A stretch of DNA of 64,000 nt from Amphiscolops sp. MND2022. Taxonomy: Eukaryota. The position numbers and the translations under genes are program-made. This document shows, piece by piece, positions 33,602 through 45,799 of the stretch (position 1 is the stretch's first letter; every line of letters starts with the position of its first letter). Under the pieces are notes generated by a model. The model was given only the letters and a program-made list of their open reading frames with translations, was not told the DNA's origin and searched no databases. The stretch is taken from assembly GCA_964187785.1 (NCBI GenBank), contig OZ076411.1:34968001-35032000 (forward strand). The letters run 5' to 3'.

Positions 33602-34393
33602 CTATAAACTTGGTGTAAAAATTGATTGATATATGCGTGAGAATTTGTTTTTTTTTGCGTGAGGAGTATGTTCATCTACTGTAGAGTAAATTTGTAACAT
33701 TGCGGTTTCCACTACAAGGAACCATTGGCGAATAGGTTTTGAAAGACTTTTGTAAAAGAACGGATTCAACTCCTTTTTACCATAATGTGAGTGTTCAGGC
33801 AGTTGAGAGCAATATTGTGAAATACACGTTTTGGATGTGTTTCGATTAAGGTTTAAATCAAAGGTAAGGGGGAATCGTGTATGGAACACAATTTCATGAG
33901 GAGAAACATTGAGTTCTGAAAGAGGTTGTGAATTGTGTGCGTAGGCATACAAGTGGGCTTGAAATGCCGAGTCTTTAGGAGTATCGTGGAGGAACATACG
34001 GCGATGAGTGGCAAGATTTCTGTTTTGTACTTCGAAAAGACCTTTTGTCCAAGGAGAACAAGCTGTTCTAGCAGAATGTCTGATTCCGATGAGTGTACAA
34101 AGTTGTGCCATATCGTTATTTATGTATTCTGATCCTCGATCTGTAACAAGGTGATTAAGTGGGCCACATTTTGTAATCCAATGATGTAAAAGAGTTTTTA
34201 CTGCGGTTTTAGCGTTATTTGATTCGATGGAGACTGTTCCAACAAATTGACTGAAAGCGTCTATTATTACGTGATTATAGGATTTGAGTTGTGAAGGAGT
34301 TTTAATAGACCCTTTTGTATCCATAGAGATTCTATAATTTAAAAAAGGAGCATGTCCCGAAAAAAATTGTGTAGGAGCTAACTGTATTTTCAT
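33602..34393 (-). pseudogene. pol: Integrase core, copy 2
   Basis: Same D,D(35)E motifs as copy 3; near-identical peptide. Confidence 0.85.
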
Positions 34394-35969
34394 ATTGAAG
34401 TGTTTATTGCGTTGATAATCAAGACAATCGTGTATTAAATTGGATAATTATTTTTCAGAATATAGTATAATGTATTATAGGGAGCAAGTATTATAGGTGA
34501 TTTTAATACCGGTGTGGGAGTGTTTATGAAGTTTGTTAAAGACAGTTTTAAACATTCCAAAAAAGAGACAGAATCTAAAAGTATTGTGTTTTATCTTTGG
34601 AAGTGGATTGGGATGTGTTTCAGAAGAACAGATAGTTTTTGTTTATATTTGTATATAAGCTAATGAGGTTTGTAGAATCATCAAAAAAGTTGTTAGAAGC
34701 GTTTGTAATATGCATGGAGAAAAGGAGTGGTAATTATCAATGGTGTAATGAATTCAAGTTTTTCACTATGAGTTAACCAAGCGTAGACTGTTCTTAAAAC
34801 AGGATCTTGAGATTGTTGTTGTTGAAGTGTTTTAAGGTCTAAGGAATAATCACCAGGAAGAAAAAAGCCTTGAAAATAATTTGGTACTTGAAAAAGGATG
34901 TATCGTAAAAGAGTATGATTTGTGAACAGTGTGTAGAAGGTTGAGAGTTTGTTTGAACATCTTTTGCACAAGTGGATTCTGGTATTGTAATGGTTTTTGT
35001 TTTGTTTATAGTGGAGAAAGTTTCTTCAAGTGAAGTATTGTCATTAGAAAAAGTGGATTCGGGTTTGGGAATTCTACAATATATATATGTTCTTCATCAT
35101 CGCTTGTGATAACAGTATCACTGAGTAAAAGAGTTTGATGGTGAAGAGTTTTGTTGTGCTTGTTAATGCGTGTTTTGAATTTGGATTGAAAAGGAGTAAC
35201 AGATATAAAGGAAAAAGAGTTTAGATGTTTAACAACAATATCATTGCCTTTGTCCTTTATGCGTATAGAAAATTGGTCTATACCATCATCGGCAAGTATT
35301 GGATGAGAGTCATGTTTTTGATGTGGTAGCACTTCTTCATGTTTAATTAGGTAATGCACGGTTTTGAGTGTATTATGTTGTAATATTGCAAAGTCAATTT
35401 GAGGTGGAAGTTGTTCTTGTTTCAATTGATTGATTTGTATTTCAGCTTTGGTAAAGGAACGACTTAACTTATCATCCACAGAGACTTTTGTTTTTTGCAT
35501 TTGAGCTTTGTAAAATAGTGGACTAAGGTTTCCTTTTTTGTAAAACAATGTAAGAGGGGTGTATGATCAGTGAAGATGTGTATCGGATGTGGGGATTCAA
35601 TAATGAGGAATTCATAAATTTGAAGAGTATGTACTATACCAAGGAGTTCACGGTCGAGTGTGTATAGTTTCTGTTCTTGTGGATTCAATAAACGAGTGTT
35701 GTATGATATTATTGTCAATTTATTGTCTTCATTGAGTTGGAAAAGGACAGCGCCTAAACCAATGAGCGAAGCGTTTACTGTGATAAAAAAGGGTTGTTTT
35801 GTATTAGGAATAGTAAGTTCTGTTTAAGAAGTAAGAGAAGATTTTGATATTTGAAAAAGACGTTCATGTTCTTCAGTCCAATCCCATGGAGCGTTTTCAT
35901 GTAAAAGATCATAAAATGTTTTTTAAAAATTTTCGATAGTTTTCTATAAACTTGGTGTAAAAATTGATT

Positions 35970-36729
35970 GATATATGCGTGAGAATTTGTTTTTTTTTGG
36001 AGTATGTTCATATACTGTAGAGTAAATTTGTAACATTGCGGTTTCCACTACAAGGAACCATTGGCGAATAGGTTTTGAAAGACTTTTGTAAAAGAACGGA
36101 TTTAACTCCACATTACCATAATGTGAGTGTTCAGGCAGTTGAGAGCAATAGTGTGAAATACACGTTTTGGATGGGTTTCGATTAAGGTTTAAATCAAAGG
36201 TAAGGGGGAATCGTGTATGGAAAACAATTTCATGAGGAGAAACATTGAGTTCTGAAAAAGGTTTTGAATTGTGTGCGTAGGCTTACATGTGGACTTGAAA
36301 TGCCGAGTCTTTAGGAGTATCGTGGAGGAACATACGTCGATGAGTGGCAAGATTTCGGTTTTGTACTTCGAAAAGACCTTTTGTCCAAGGAGAACAAGCC
36401 GTTCTAGGAGAATGTCTGATTCCGATGAGTGTACAAAGTTTTGTCATATCGTTATTTATGTATTCTGATCCTCGATCTGTAACAAGGTGATTTAGTGGGC
36501 CAAATTTTGTAATCCAATGATGTAAAAGAGTTTTTACTGCGGTTTTAGCGTTATTTGATTTGATGGAAACTGTTCCAAAAAACTGACTGAGAGCATCTAT
36601 TATTACGTGAATATAAGATTTGAATTGTGAAGGAGTATTAATAGACCCTTTTGTATCCATAGAGATTTTATAATTTAAAAAAGGAGCATGTCTCGAAAAA
36701 AAATGTGTAGGAGCTAACTGTATTTTCAT
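35970..36729 (-). pseudogene. pol: Integrase core, copy 1
   Basis: ORF 36283..36729 has the same motifs; a premature stop follows and homology continues to ~35970. Confidence 0.85.
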
Positions 36730-38129
36730 ATTGAAGTGTTTATTGCGTTGATAATCAAGACAATCGTGTATAAAATTGGATGATTATTTTTCAGAATATG
36801 GTATAATGTAATATAGGGAGGAAGTATTACAGGTGATTTTAATACCGGTGTGGGAGTGTTCATGAAGTTTGGTAAAGACAGTTTTAAACATTCGAAAAGT
36901 GAGACAGATTCTAAAAATATTGTGTTTTAGATTTGGAAGTGAATTGGGATGTGTTTCAGAAGAACAGATAGTTTTTGTGTATAAGTTAATGAGGTTTGTA
37001 GAATCATCAAAAAAAGTTGTTAGAAGCGTTTATAATATCAATGGTGTAATAAATTCAAGTTTTTCATTATGAGTTAAGCAAGAGTAGACTGTTCTTAAAA
37101 CAGGATCTTGAGATTGTTGTTGTTGAAGTGTTTTAAGGTCTAAAGAATTTTCATCAGGAAGAAAAAAGCCTTGAAAATAATTTTGGTATTTGAAAAAGGA
37201 TGTATCGTAAAAAGGTATGATTTGTGAACAGTGTGTAGTAGGTTGAGAGTTTGTTTGTACATCTTTTGCAGAAGTGGATTCTGGTATTGTAATGGATTTC
37301 GGTTTGTTTATAGTGGAGAAAGTTTCTTCATGAAAAAGTGGAATCGGTTTTGGGAATTCTACAATATATATGTTCTTCATCATCGCTTGTAATATCAGTA
37401 TCATTGAGTAAAAGAGTTTGATGGTGAAGACTTTTTTGTTGTGCATGTTAATGGGTGTTTTGACTTTGGATTGAAAAGGAGTAACAGATTTAAAGGAAAA
37501 AGAGTTTAGAGGTTTAACAACAATATCATTGCCTTTGTCCTTTATGCGTATAGAAAATTGGTCTGTACCAATATCGGCAAGTTTTGGATGAGAGTCATGT
37601 TTTTGATGTGGTAGCACTTCTTCATGTTCAATTAAGTAATGCACGGTTTTGAGTGTATTATGGTGTAATTTTGCAAAGTCAATTTGAGGTGGAAGTTGTT
37701 TTTGTTTCAATTGATTGATTTGTATTTCAGCTTTGGTAAAGGAACGACTTAACATATCGTCCACAGAGACTTTTGTTAGTTGGATTTGAGCTCTGTAAAA
37801 TAGTGGACTAATGTTTCCTTTTTTGTAAAACAATGTAAGAAGGGTGTATGATCAGTGAAGATGTGTATTGGATGTGGGGATTCAATAATGAGGAATTCAT
37901 AAATTTGAAGACTATGTACTATACCAAGGAGTTCACGGTCAAGTGTGGATAGTTTCTGTTCTTGTGGATTCAATAAACGAGTGTTGTATGATATTATTGT
38001 CAATTTATTGTCTTCATTGAGTTGGAAAAGGAAAGCGCCTAAACCAATAAGCGAAGCGTTTACTGTAATAAAAAAGGGATGTTTTGTATTAGGAATAGTA
38101 AATTCTGTTTCAGAAGTAAGAGAGGATTT

Positions 38130-39100
38130 TAATATTTGAAAAAGACGTTCTTGTTCTTCAGTCCAATCCCATGGAGGGTTTTCATGTAAAAGATCATAAA
38201 AGGATTTAAAATTTTCGAGTCGTTTTCTTTAGATTTGGTGTAAAATTTGAGTGCGCCAATGAAACTCATTAAAGCGACTTTTCCAGTGAGAGAAAGAATT
38301 TTGTGAAAAGCTGCAATTTTGGAATGTGTGGAATTATCTGTATTGTAACCAATTTCATAACCGAAAATTTTAACTTTAAGAAGCATGAAAAAGGAATTTT
38401 CAGGAGCGTGTTTAAAATTGTTTTTTTGTACTTATAATGTGTAATTGTTCAATAATATGAAACATATGTTCTTTTGAGTTTGATAGAGGTAAAATATCAT
38501 CTATATAAACAAGAGCGAAACCTTGTTCTATAACAGTTTGAAAGGTTTGACAACTGTTTTGTAAAGAAATTTGGAAGTACTTTAATGCATAAAAGCCACG
38601 TTTGAAGCGAAGAATTTATCACCAGATGAAAAACTGGTCAGTTTTATGGTTTCTTCGTCAAGAGGGGTATGTGCATAGGCATACATGAGGTCTATTGCAC
38701 ATTTGTATTTTTTGTTTGGGCGTGCCAATTGGGGAGCAAGAGGTTTAATAGGCCAAGATTCATCAGATTGTTCTGTATTTGAGGTAAGGTGTCGAGCGTC
38801 TAATACGCATTTGATAGAATGTCCTTTTGTATTAGAAGGAGAGGATTCAAATATGTTGTGCCATAAACCGGTTTGTCTTGTGGAGAGGAACCAATTTGTT
38901 TTATGATGTTATACATTTCAAGTTTTTTGAGAAGGGTGTTTAAATTGTCACGATAATGGATTGGGACTTTAGAAGGACGTCGTGTAATAAGTTGAACAAT
39001 AGGTTTTGGTCTAATACGAAATGGGGTTGCAACCTTACCAACATCATGTTTATGTGTAGCATAGCAAGTTTTATAACTGAGTAAATTATTACAAAGAAAA
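38130..39100 (-). pseudogene. pol: Gypsy reverse transcriptase remnant
   Basis: LRLVIDARHLTSNT, YIDDILPLS (YxDD, ~38480-38510), VKIFGYEIG, ALMSFIGALKFYTK. Confidence 0.85.
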
Positions 39101-39399
39101 ATATATTCATTGTCAGTGAGGTCTGAGAAATGAAAGTCGAATTTATTTATGAAATTGAGAATTTCTGTAGTGTATGGTAAAGGTTGAAAAAAAAAACACG
39201 AGGTTTGGAAGTGGGTTGTACATTCTAGAGGGATGAAGTTACAGGTGGTGTTTCAGAATTTGTCATATAGACTTGATGTAGTGAAAAGTGATGAGAAGGA
39301 ACAGACTTATTAATGTCTTGCAAAGAATAGTTTGTTTGTGGAATGAATTCTGTAATATCTGGATGGTATGTATGAGTAACGTTGTGCATAAAGGTATTA

Positions 39400-39620
39400 A
39401 TTTCATTTACTCGAAAATATTTGGGTTTTCGTTTGTGATTGGAATTTCTATGTATCCAAGAACTTCTGTCTGATTTGCGACAGTTAAAGTTTTTGATGAA
39501 TTAGAAGTATTAGTTTGTTCAATATCATGAAGTTTTGCAATAGTAACATAGGTGGGATAGTTTAATACAGAAATGGAAGCACCACTATCCAAAAGAATTA
39601 AAGTTTCTAATCTTGATGGA
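39400..39620 (-). pseudogene. pol: Retroviral-type aspartic protease remnant
   Basis: LILLDSGASISVLNYP at ~39556-39600; VANQTEVLGYIEIPI. Confidence 0.85.
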
Positions 39621-40199
39621 AAATCACGTTGAGTTTGATTTAATGGAGTATGTGTGTATAAAGAGTAAAACTAGCTAGTAGGCGTTACAGCGTTTGTCAT
39701 TTCGGTTGGGTGATACATATGTACTTCAAAGGTAATTGGATCAGATTCGGCTTGTGGTTGGATTGTATTAAGTTTGTTTCTCATAATTGAGTGTGAGCGA
39801 GATGTAGAAATCCCAGAATCTCATGGTCTCGAAGTTGGTGTAACGGAAGATGTGTAACGTGTGAAGTTGTTGTCTCTAGAATATGAGCGTGATCTATATC
39901 TGTGACGAGAGTCATGTCTGTAAGGTGATTTGTAGGAGGATCGATAAGGAGAGCGATAAGATCGAGAATCTCTTTTATAATGGTCATGCCGTGAACGAGT
40001 GTATTGTGGAGGACTAGGTATTTGCCATAACCGAAACTATCTTTAGAGGTAGAGCGATATCTGTTTTGTGAGTTGTAATTTTTGTTATTGTTATTTCGCG
40101 ATGTACTTCTACTTCGAAATCGTGTATCATATCGTTTTGTTCTATCATTAGAGGGAGAACTAAAGTATAGTACAAAAGATTGTTGAGGAGATTTTGATC

Positions 40200-41000
40200 T
40201 AGCATAAGCTTCTCTTTTGTCTTTGCCGTCGCGTTGTTTCTTGAAACAAGTTGAGATGGAATGATTTTTTCTGTGACAAACTAGCGAAGCTTTTTAAACG
40301 CAGTTTCTTCTGTTATTTGGATCTCGAGGTTGTGTAAAGATAGGTTGTTCTTGTTGTGATGTATCAAGAGTTTCTGTCTGTAGTTGTTTTGTAGCTTTGT
40401 TTACTTCGAGTGTAAGATCATGTGTTCGAATTTTGTCGTTTGCTATTTCTTCGGCATCTACAAGTTTACTAGTGTATGAAAGGTAATAGAAGGTTTTAAA
40501 ACCGTAGAGGTGTGTTTCACTTGTCTTTTTTTAGCAAAATCTTTAAGATTTTTTGGAAGACCTTTTGTGAAGATTTCGTTGCATTTTAGGTTTATTGTGG
40601 AAGCGTTTCCGTTGCACTAGCCTTTTTCACCTAATTGTTTAACTTTAAGGGCAAAACGACGATTTATTTCATTTTCCTTTTCAGTTAGATTAAGAGCTTC
40701 TACATGGGCATAGTAAGCGTTTTTCTGAGAAGAGAATTGTTTTTTAATTGCTTCTACAAAAGCGTGCCAATCTTGTTTATAGGTGTCATTTAAACGAATG
40801 TACCAACTGAGAGCTGTACCAGTTAAAGAATATTGTCTGGGAATGTAGCACGTGCCTCAATATGTTGTAAATATTCTTCTGGTGTATAAATTTGGTCTAA
40901 ACCGTCAAAGGGTTTGATAGGTTCAGAAATGGATGTGGATGAGTTATTATTTGTTGGAGTCAAAATTGTGGACTGAGGTACTGTACTGTAAGTAGGTGTA
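40200..41000 (-). pseudogene. gag: Gag remnant
   Basis: FDGLDQIYTPEEYLQH...DWHAFVEAIKKQFSSQK...FALKVKQL...EIFTKGLPKNLK is a retrotransposon gag pattern, located upstream of PR. Confidence 0.7.
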
Positions 41001-42938
41001 ATTGAAGGATTGCGAAGTATGTTTTGTGGATTTGTAAAAGGTTGAGTGTATTAATGTGAGGATTTGCTCTTATAGTTGTGAATGAAAGGTTAGATGTTTG
41101 AGATCGTGGGTTTGGTAATATATTAGATGAATGAGATGTCGAAAAAGGATTAGTATTTTGTTGATTATGAGTTATTGAAGGATGTTGTGTATTATTGGGG
41201 TTTGTACTCGTAAAGCTAAACGATAGTTATTAGGAATGATTCGTAATGGAGTTCTAAAAAGATTTCCAGAAGTTATAGAAATTGGAACTGTTTTGGAATG
41301 AAAAATGTTAGTAGTTAAACCATGCTGTGTATATTGTGTTTGAGTGTTTTGAGCTGGAGTATACGATAAAGTTTGTAAAGTTGGTTGTCTTGTTACAGTG
41401 CCTTGTTTGAATTTGTACTTCACGTTAAGTCTGGACTGTAGTCGTACCATGTGTATTAGAAGAACATTGTTATGGAGAATTATGAGGAGTAGTACGAGGC
41501 GAAAACTGTGAAGGAAGAGGAGGTGGATCATAATTGCAAGCTGATGTTTGGTATGTTTGAAATGGGTGAGTTATAGTAGTGTGGGATGTAAATAATGTGG
41601 ATGTATTATCTTAGTTTTTACCATCGTTTGTGTTTTGAGTTACCTGTCGTACGGAAACTTGTAAAACATTTGAATCATTAGTTATTGTAAAACTTTGTGG
41701 ATTATTGGTATTTATATCGGATAGTTTGAATACATTTTGTATTGAATCAGTGTCAGAAGAACCTGGTAGGTTTTTAATGTTGTGTCTTGTTGTTGATCAT
41801 GTGTGGTGTTCTCTTGTTGTTGGGGTTGTGGATTTTGAAAGATGTCTGTGTTGTCAACAGGATTGAGCTGGAAGAATTGTGATCAGTTTCAGATTGTAAA
41901 ACGTTTTGATCATATTCGCTAAACGGAGTTTCAGAAATGATATTAGAAGCAGTGTATGGTCTGTTGTCTGATGTTTCAGAATGTTCCACTATAAAATTAT
42001 CATCAACACAAGTTTGATTAGTTCAAAAACTATGTGTATTGAATGATTTAGGATCTCTATAATGGAGATGTTTATTTCCATTATTAATTATGAACGGTAA
42101 GAATTCAACTTCTGTTAATGTTTGGGGGATGTTAATATATGCATTTTGATGTTGTCGTTCCCAAAGTAGTTGATAATTGAATCGAAAAAAAAATTAATAC
42201 AAGTGGGAAAAATCTTTATTTGTGGTATTTTATTTTCGTTGAGAAAAATGTTCTGAAAAAGTTTGTATTGGAAGTGTTTAATTTGTAAGATATCTTGTTG
42301 TAACTAGTGATGAGGATTGTTATGTCGTTGTATCTTTGTTTCAAGATCTGGTACTTCAACGTAATCATGTTTTTCTTTAAAACTTTCTAAGTGAGAAGGG
42401 AGATATAATGGTAGATCTAAAAATTCATTGTATTCTATCGATTTATCGATATAAGTAGTGAAAACTCCTTGAATAAATATTATGATATTTTGTGGGTGTA
42501 TTGTTTTATAAAAGATATCTGTGTTTATATCGTGGACTGGATTAAAAATAGTTTGAAGAGGAAGTTGTGACAGTGTTATTTTAGTGTTTCATTCGAAGGT
42601 AATACAGGTAAGAGTCACAATGCCCTCGAATTAAAGGAATAGTATGTATAGTATGGGCGTCTGTTTCAAAAGAAAGAGGACCTGAAAGATGATGTTATTT
42701 AAAATGGGAATACATCGTGAGTAAAAGAACGTTTTTGACGTTGGTCAGATGATAAGAAAAAAGGTGTGCGGAGCATTGTTTTGTTTCATATTGCTTTGTT
42801 CTATGATATTAGTGTTATTTAGAAAAACAGGATTGCCATAAAGGGTACATGTATTGGAATATAAAACATTTTGTTTTATTTTTAGATATATATGGAAATA
42901 TTAGATCCACAATAGTGATTCGAAGGAAAATTACGAGG

Positions 42939-43138
42939 NNNNNNNNNNNNNNNNNNNNNNNNNNNNNNNNNNNNNNNNNNNNNNNNNNNNNNNNNNNNNN
43001 NNNNNNNNNNNNNNNNNNNNNNNNNNNNNNNNNNNNNNNNNNNNNNNNNNNNNNNNNNNNNNNNNNNNNNNNNNNNNNNNNNNNNNNNNNNNNNNNNNNN
43101 NNNNNNNNNNNNNNNNNNNNNNNNNNNNNNNNNNNNNN
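42939..43138. other. Assembly gap (200 N)
   Basis: Run of Ns. Confidence 1.
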
Positions 43139-43604
43139 AATCCAATAAGAGGTAGTATTATACTTGTAAGCATAAGGATTTTAAGAATTTTATATGGGAT
43201 AAAGTACAATGTAAGGTTAAAATTTGGGTATGAAAGGTACTTAAAATTTGTCAAAGAAAAGAGCAGGACCAGCAAGGAGTCCAAAGGAGAACCAAAGGCA
43301 TATAACGAACTTTACTATCTATATCATCAGCTGAAGGCATTTATAGAAATGTTAGAATTGAAAGTGTCTCGTATAATATTTGGAGTTGTGAGATCAAATC
43401 TTTGTATGTGTATTTTGGATCAGATGTTTTTGTATAATGTTTTTGTATAAAATTTGGAGTGTTTGTATAATATTTGGATATCCGTGAGACTGTTAAAGAA
43501 GAGTTAAAATGTGCTTGGATTAAAGGGTGTGTAAGAGGAGGTTTGTTTTAAAATCAAGTTTTCAGGAAAAATTTGGGTGTTATATGTGTGCCAACTTTAA
43601 AGTT

Positions 43605-43624
43605 GATCCAAGCGGCTAGAACCA
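43605..43624 (-). promoter_or_regulatory. Putative primer-binding site TGGTTCTAGCCGCTTGGATC
   Basis: Begins with TGG (complement of tRNA CCA) and ends GGATC (complement of a T-arm GATCC). Lies between the LTR-like repeat and gag. Confidence 0.6.
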
Positions 43625-43707
43625 AAGTATTTTTACTAGCAGGAATCACTGGAGAGCACTGTAGAGAATCCAAGACGTATCGCAAGTCTGCGGTTGAAAC
43701 GAGAAAA

Positions 43708-43850
43708 AAAACCAACACGAATTACTGAGGTAGTGGTTGGAACGGTGGAGAAATTACCAACACGTATCACTGTTATGTGGTTGGAACGGAAAAAGTTAAC
43801 AACCAACACGTATCACACTGTGTTGGTTGGAACGGAGAGGTTTTTAACTG
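43708..43850. repeat. Three ~46-bp tandem units in the putative 5' LTR
   Basis: ACCAACACG(A/T)AT(T/C)AC...GGTTGGAACGG repeated three times. Confidence 0.75.
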
Positions 43851-43985
43851 ACAGTAATTTCCAACGGTTGTTGACGTAGTCAGAACCATACCAACAAAAA
43901 TAAAATCAACTTTGAAGAAAATTGGATGGAACGTACAGTTAAGAACGGTAGATGATGAAAAGAGGAGGAGAAACGGTGTGTCGAA

Positions 43986-44360
43986 AGCTAGTTCTAGTTT
44001 CACAGTTCTCTGAGATCTCACGTAGGCCTTTCTAGTTTCTCTTCGAAGAAAACTATTCAACAGATCAAAATCCAATTTCTCTTTTTTTTCTGAGTATATA
44101 TCATCAACAACTTTACCAATAATTACAGGGATTAAGTTTGATTCTATTTTTTCTAAAGTGACAAAAATAGGATTCTAAAATGACACCAATATTAATTAAA
44201 TACTAATGATATTCTCAACAATTGTCAGCAAATTAATAAAAAAAGTCTTTTCTTCAAAATGATGTGACAACTGTCTTATTTTCAAAGTTAGAAAAGTGGG
44301 CGCCTTTCAAAGTTATATAAGTATTTGAGTGTATTTGAGGTCATGCATCATGGCATCACA
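43986..44360 (-). repeat. LTR-like repeat (putative 5' LTR; may extend to ~43626)
   Basis: Direct repeat of 19362-19722; starts TGTGATGCC on the minus strand. Confidence 0.7.
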
Positions 44361-45799
44361 CTCTCTTGGATCGACTTGTCTAGAGTCGGTCGCGTCAGGG
44401 AACGCTTGGGCACGTAAGGCAGCCTCGACAGTTGAACTGTAGGTTGGAGATACAGTTCGAATACGCTTGGCAGCAGACTCCACACATTCGATCTCAGGGT
44501 TATTCAGGCTTCTTTTGATGTATCAAGAAAGACAACTTCAGGATGGCTACTTCCTTGCAAACGACTATACTCGTAATGCTGGGAGCGAGCATGATAGAGG
44601 TTCACTAATGCTTTCCGTTGGGCCAGTTCAGTTACCTCCGGGATTTCCTTGGCAGCCGCTTCCTCCATCTGGCTCATTTTGCACGTAATCTACGTATGTA
44701 AGTTAAAATCAATGTTTCAATATGAACACATTTCACGATGGAGGAAGTAATATTCGTCGAAGCTAAACCCTGATCAAGTTTATGCTAAAATTAAATTCAA
44801 AAAAACCAACCTGATGCTGTTTCCATATCGAATAGGCAGAATTTAAGACACAACGCTGAGTCGAACTTTCGAATACCACGAAAATGTCCTCTTTGAATTG
44901 ATTCTGGTCTGGGAGGTTGCTACTGATTAGGAATGTAGACGGCGATACTGAAGGTCCAATGAGGATAGTTTGCAAGGGACTTGAGTTCACAATAAAATTC
45001 ATTCGGAGAATCGGAAATCGATACGTGAAGAATCAGTAGGAAGGAAAGCTGATTTGTCCCAGGAACGAGTAGACAAAGCTGTTCCACAAGCACGTATTTC
45101 AGTATATTGTTCAAATTCTTTCTGGTCAAAAGTGCTAATCGATTCGCCCAGACTAAACTAGACTGCTCACAAACGTAACACTTCAGAACGTTTAAATGAA
45201 ATTACACAATCTGGATGTCGTGGTTGAACTGTATCTTAATTAGTGTCAACTATAATAAATACTACCTATTACCAATCTTTCATGTTTGTGACATGCCAGT
45301 AGCAACCATGAAAGTTGGCTTGATTTCGATATTTTAAGTGTTTCATTGTGTTTATTATACTGGCAATTATTCAATTTTCACCATCTTTATTCAGTCTCTT
45401 GACGAATTTGTTGATTTATTCATTGCACCCATCTCAGTGCACAACGCATTGGTTGTAGCCGCACGCTTAGAGCGGTGGCCTTTGATGGTTTTATTATTTA
45501 CCAGTAGTTTTTACAAGTCAACAAATTCATTGATAATAATCAACTCACTAGCTGGTGGACAAATAGACTAAGAAGCACTTAAGGTCCTATTAAGCAACGT
45601 AACAAATCATTGACATGGTTTACCTAATATTGAAGCTTACTTGTATTTAAAAGTATAGGAAATTTCGAGAAACCCAATGACTGTGTTTTCCCGCATAAAT
45701 GCTTCCCGCGAAACCGGGGAAGACTCAGGGTCGATTGGGCAAGAGCGAATCATTCTGCCCATTTTTGCTAACAGGATCAAGTTGACTCAACAACCAATG

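Larger units (their letters stand above)
31285..38237 (-). repeat. pol: Tandem triplication (~2.34-kb units) of late RT, RNase H and integrase
   Basis: Units ~31285-33625, 33626-35967 and 35968-38237. Three copies each of RELLGIVH.LQIYEF...IFTDH (RH) and HVIIDA...LVTDRGSEY (INT). Identical junction GTAAAAATTGA/TTGATATATGCG at ~33625 and ~35967. Confidence 0.92.
19362..44360 (-). mobile_element. Giant env-bearing Ty3/Gypsy LTR retrotransposon (endogenous-retrovirus-like), degenerate, with internal tandem duplications
   Basis: Diverged direct repeats at 19362-19722 and 43986-44360. PBS at 43605-43624. Minus-strand order gag, PR, RT, RH, INT, extra ORFs, env. Spans an assembly gap; no TSD found. 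Confidence 0.85.

Noticed and set aside
42849-43284. ORFs containing poly-X
   Set aside because: Artefacts of translating the N gap.
44400-45600. Degenerate minus-strand coding-like sequence next to the LTR
   Set aside because: Probably another repeat remnant, but I could not align it convincingly to family Y or any domain.
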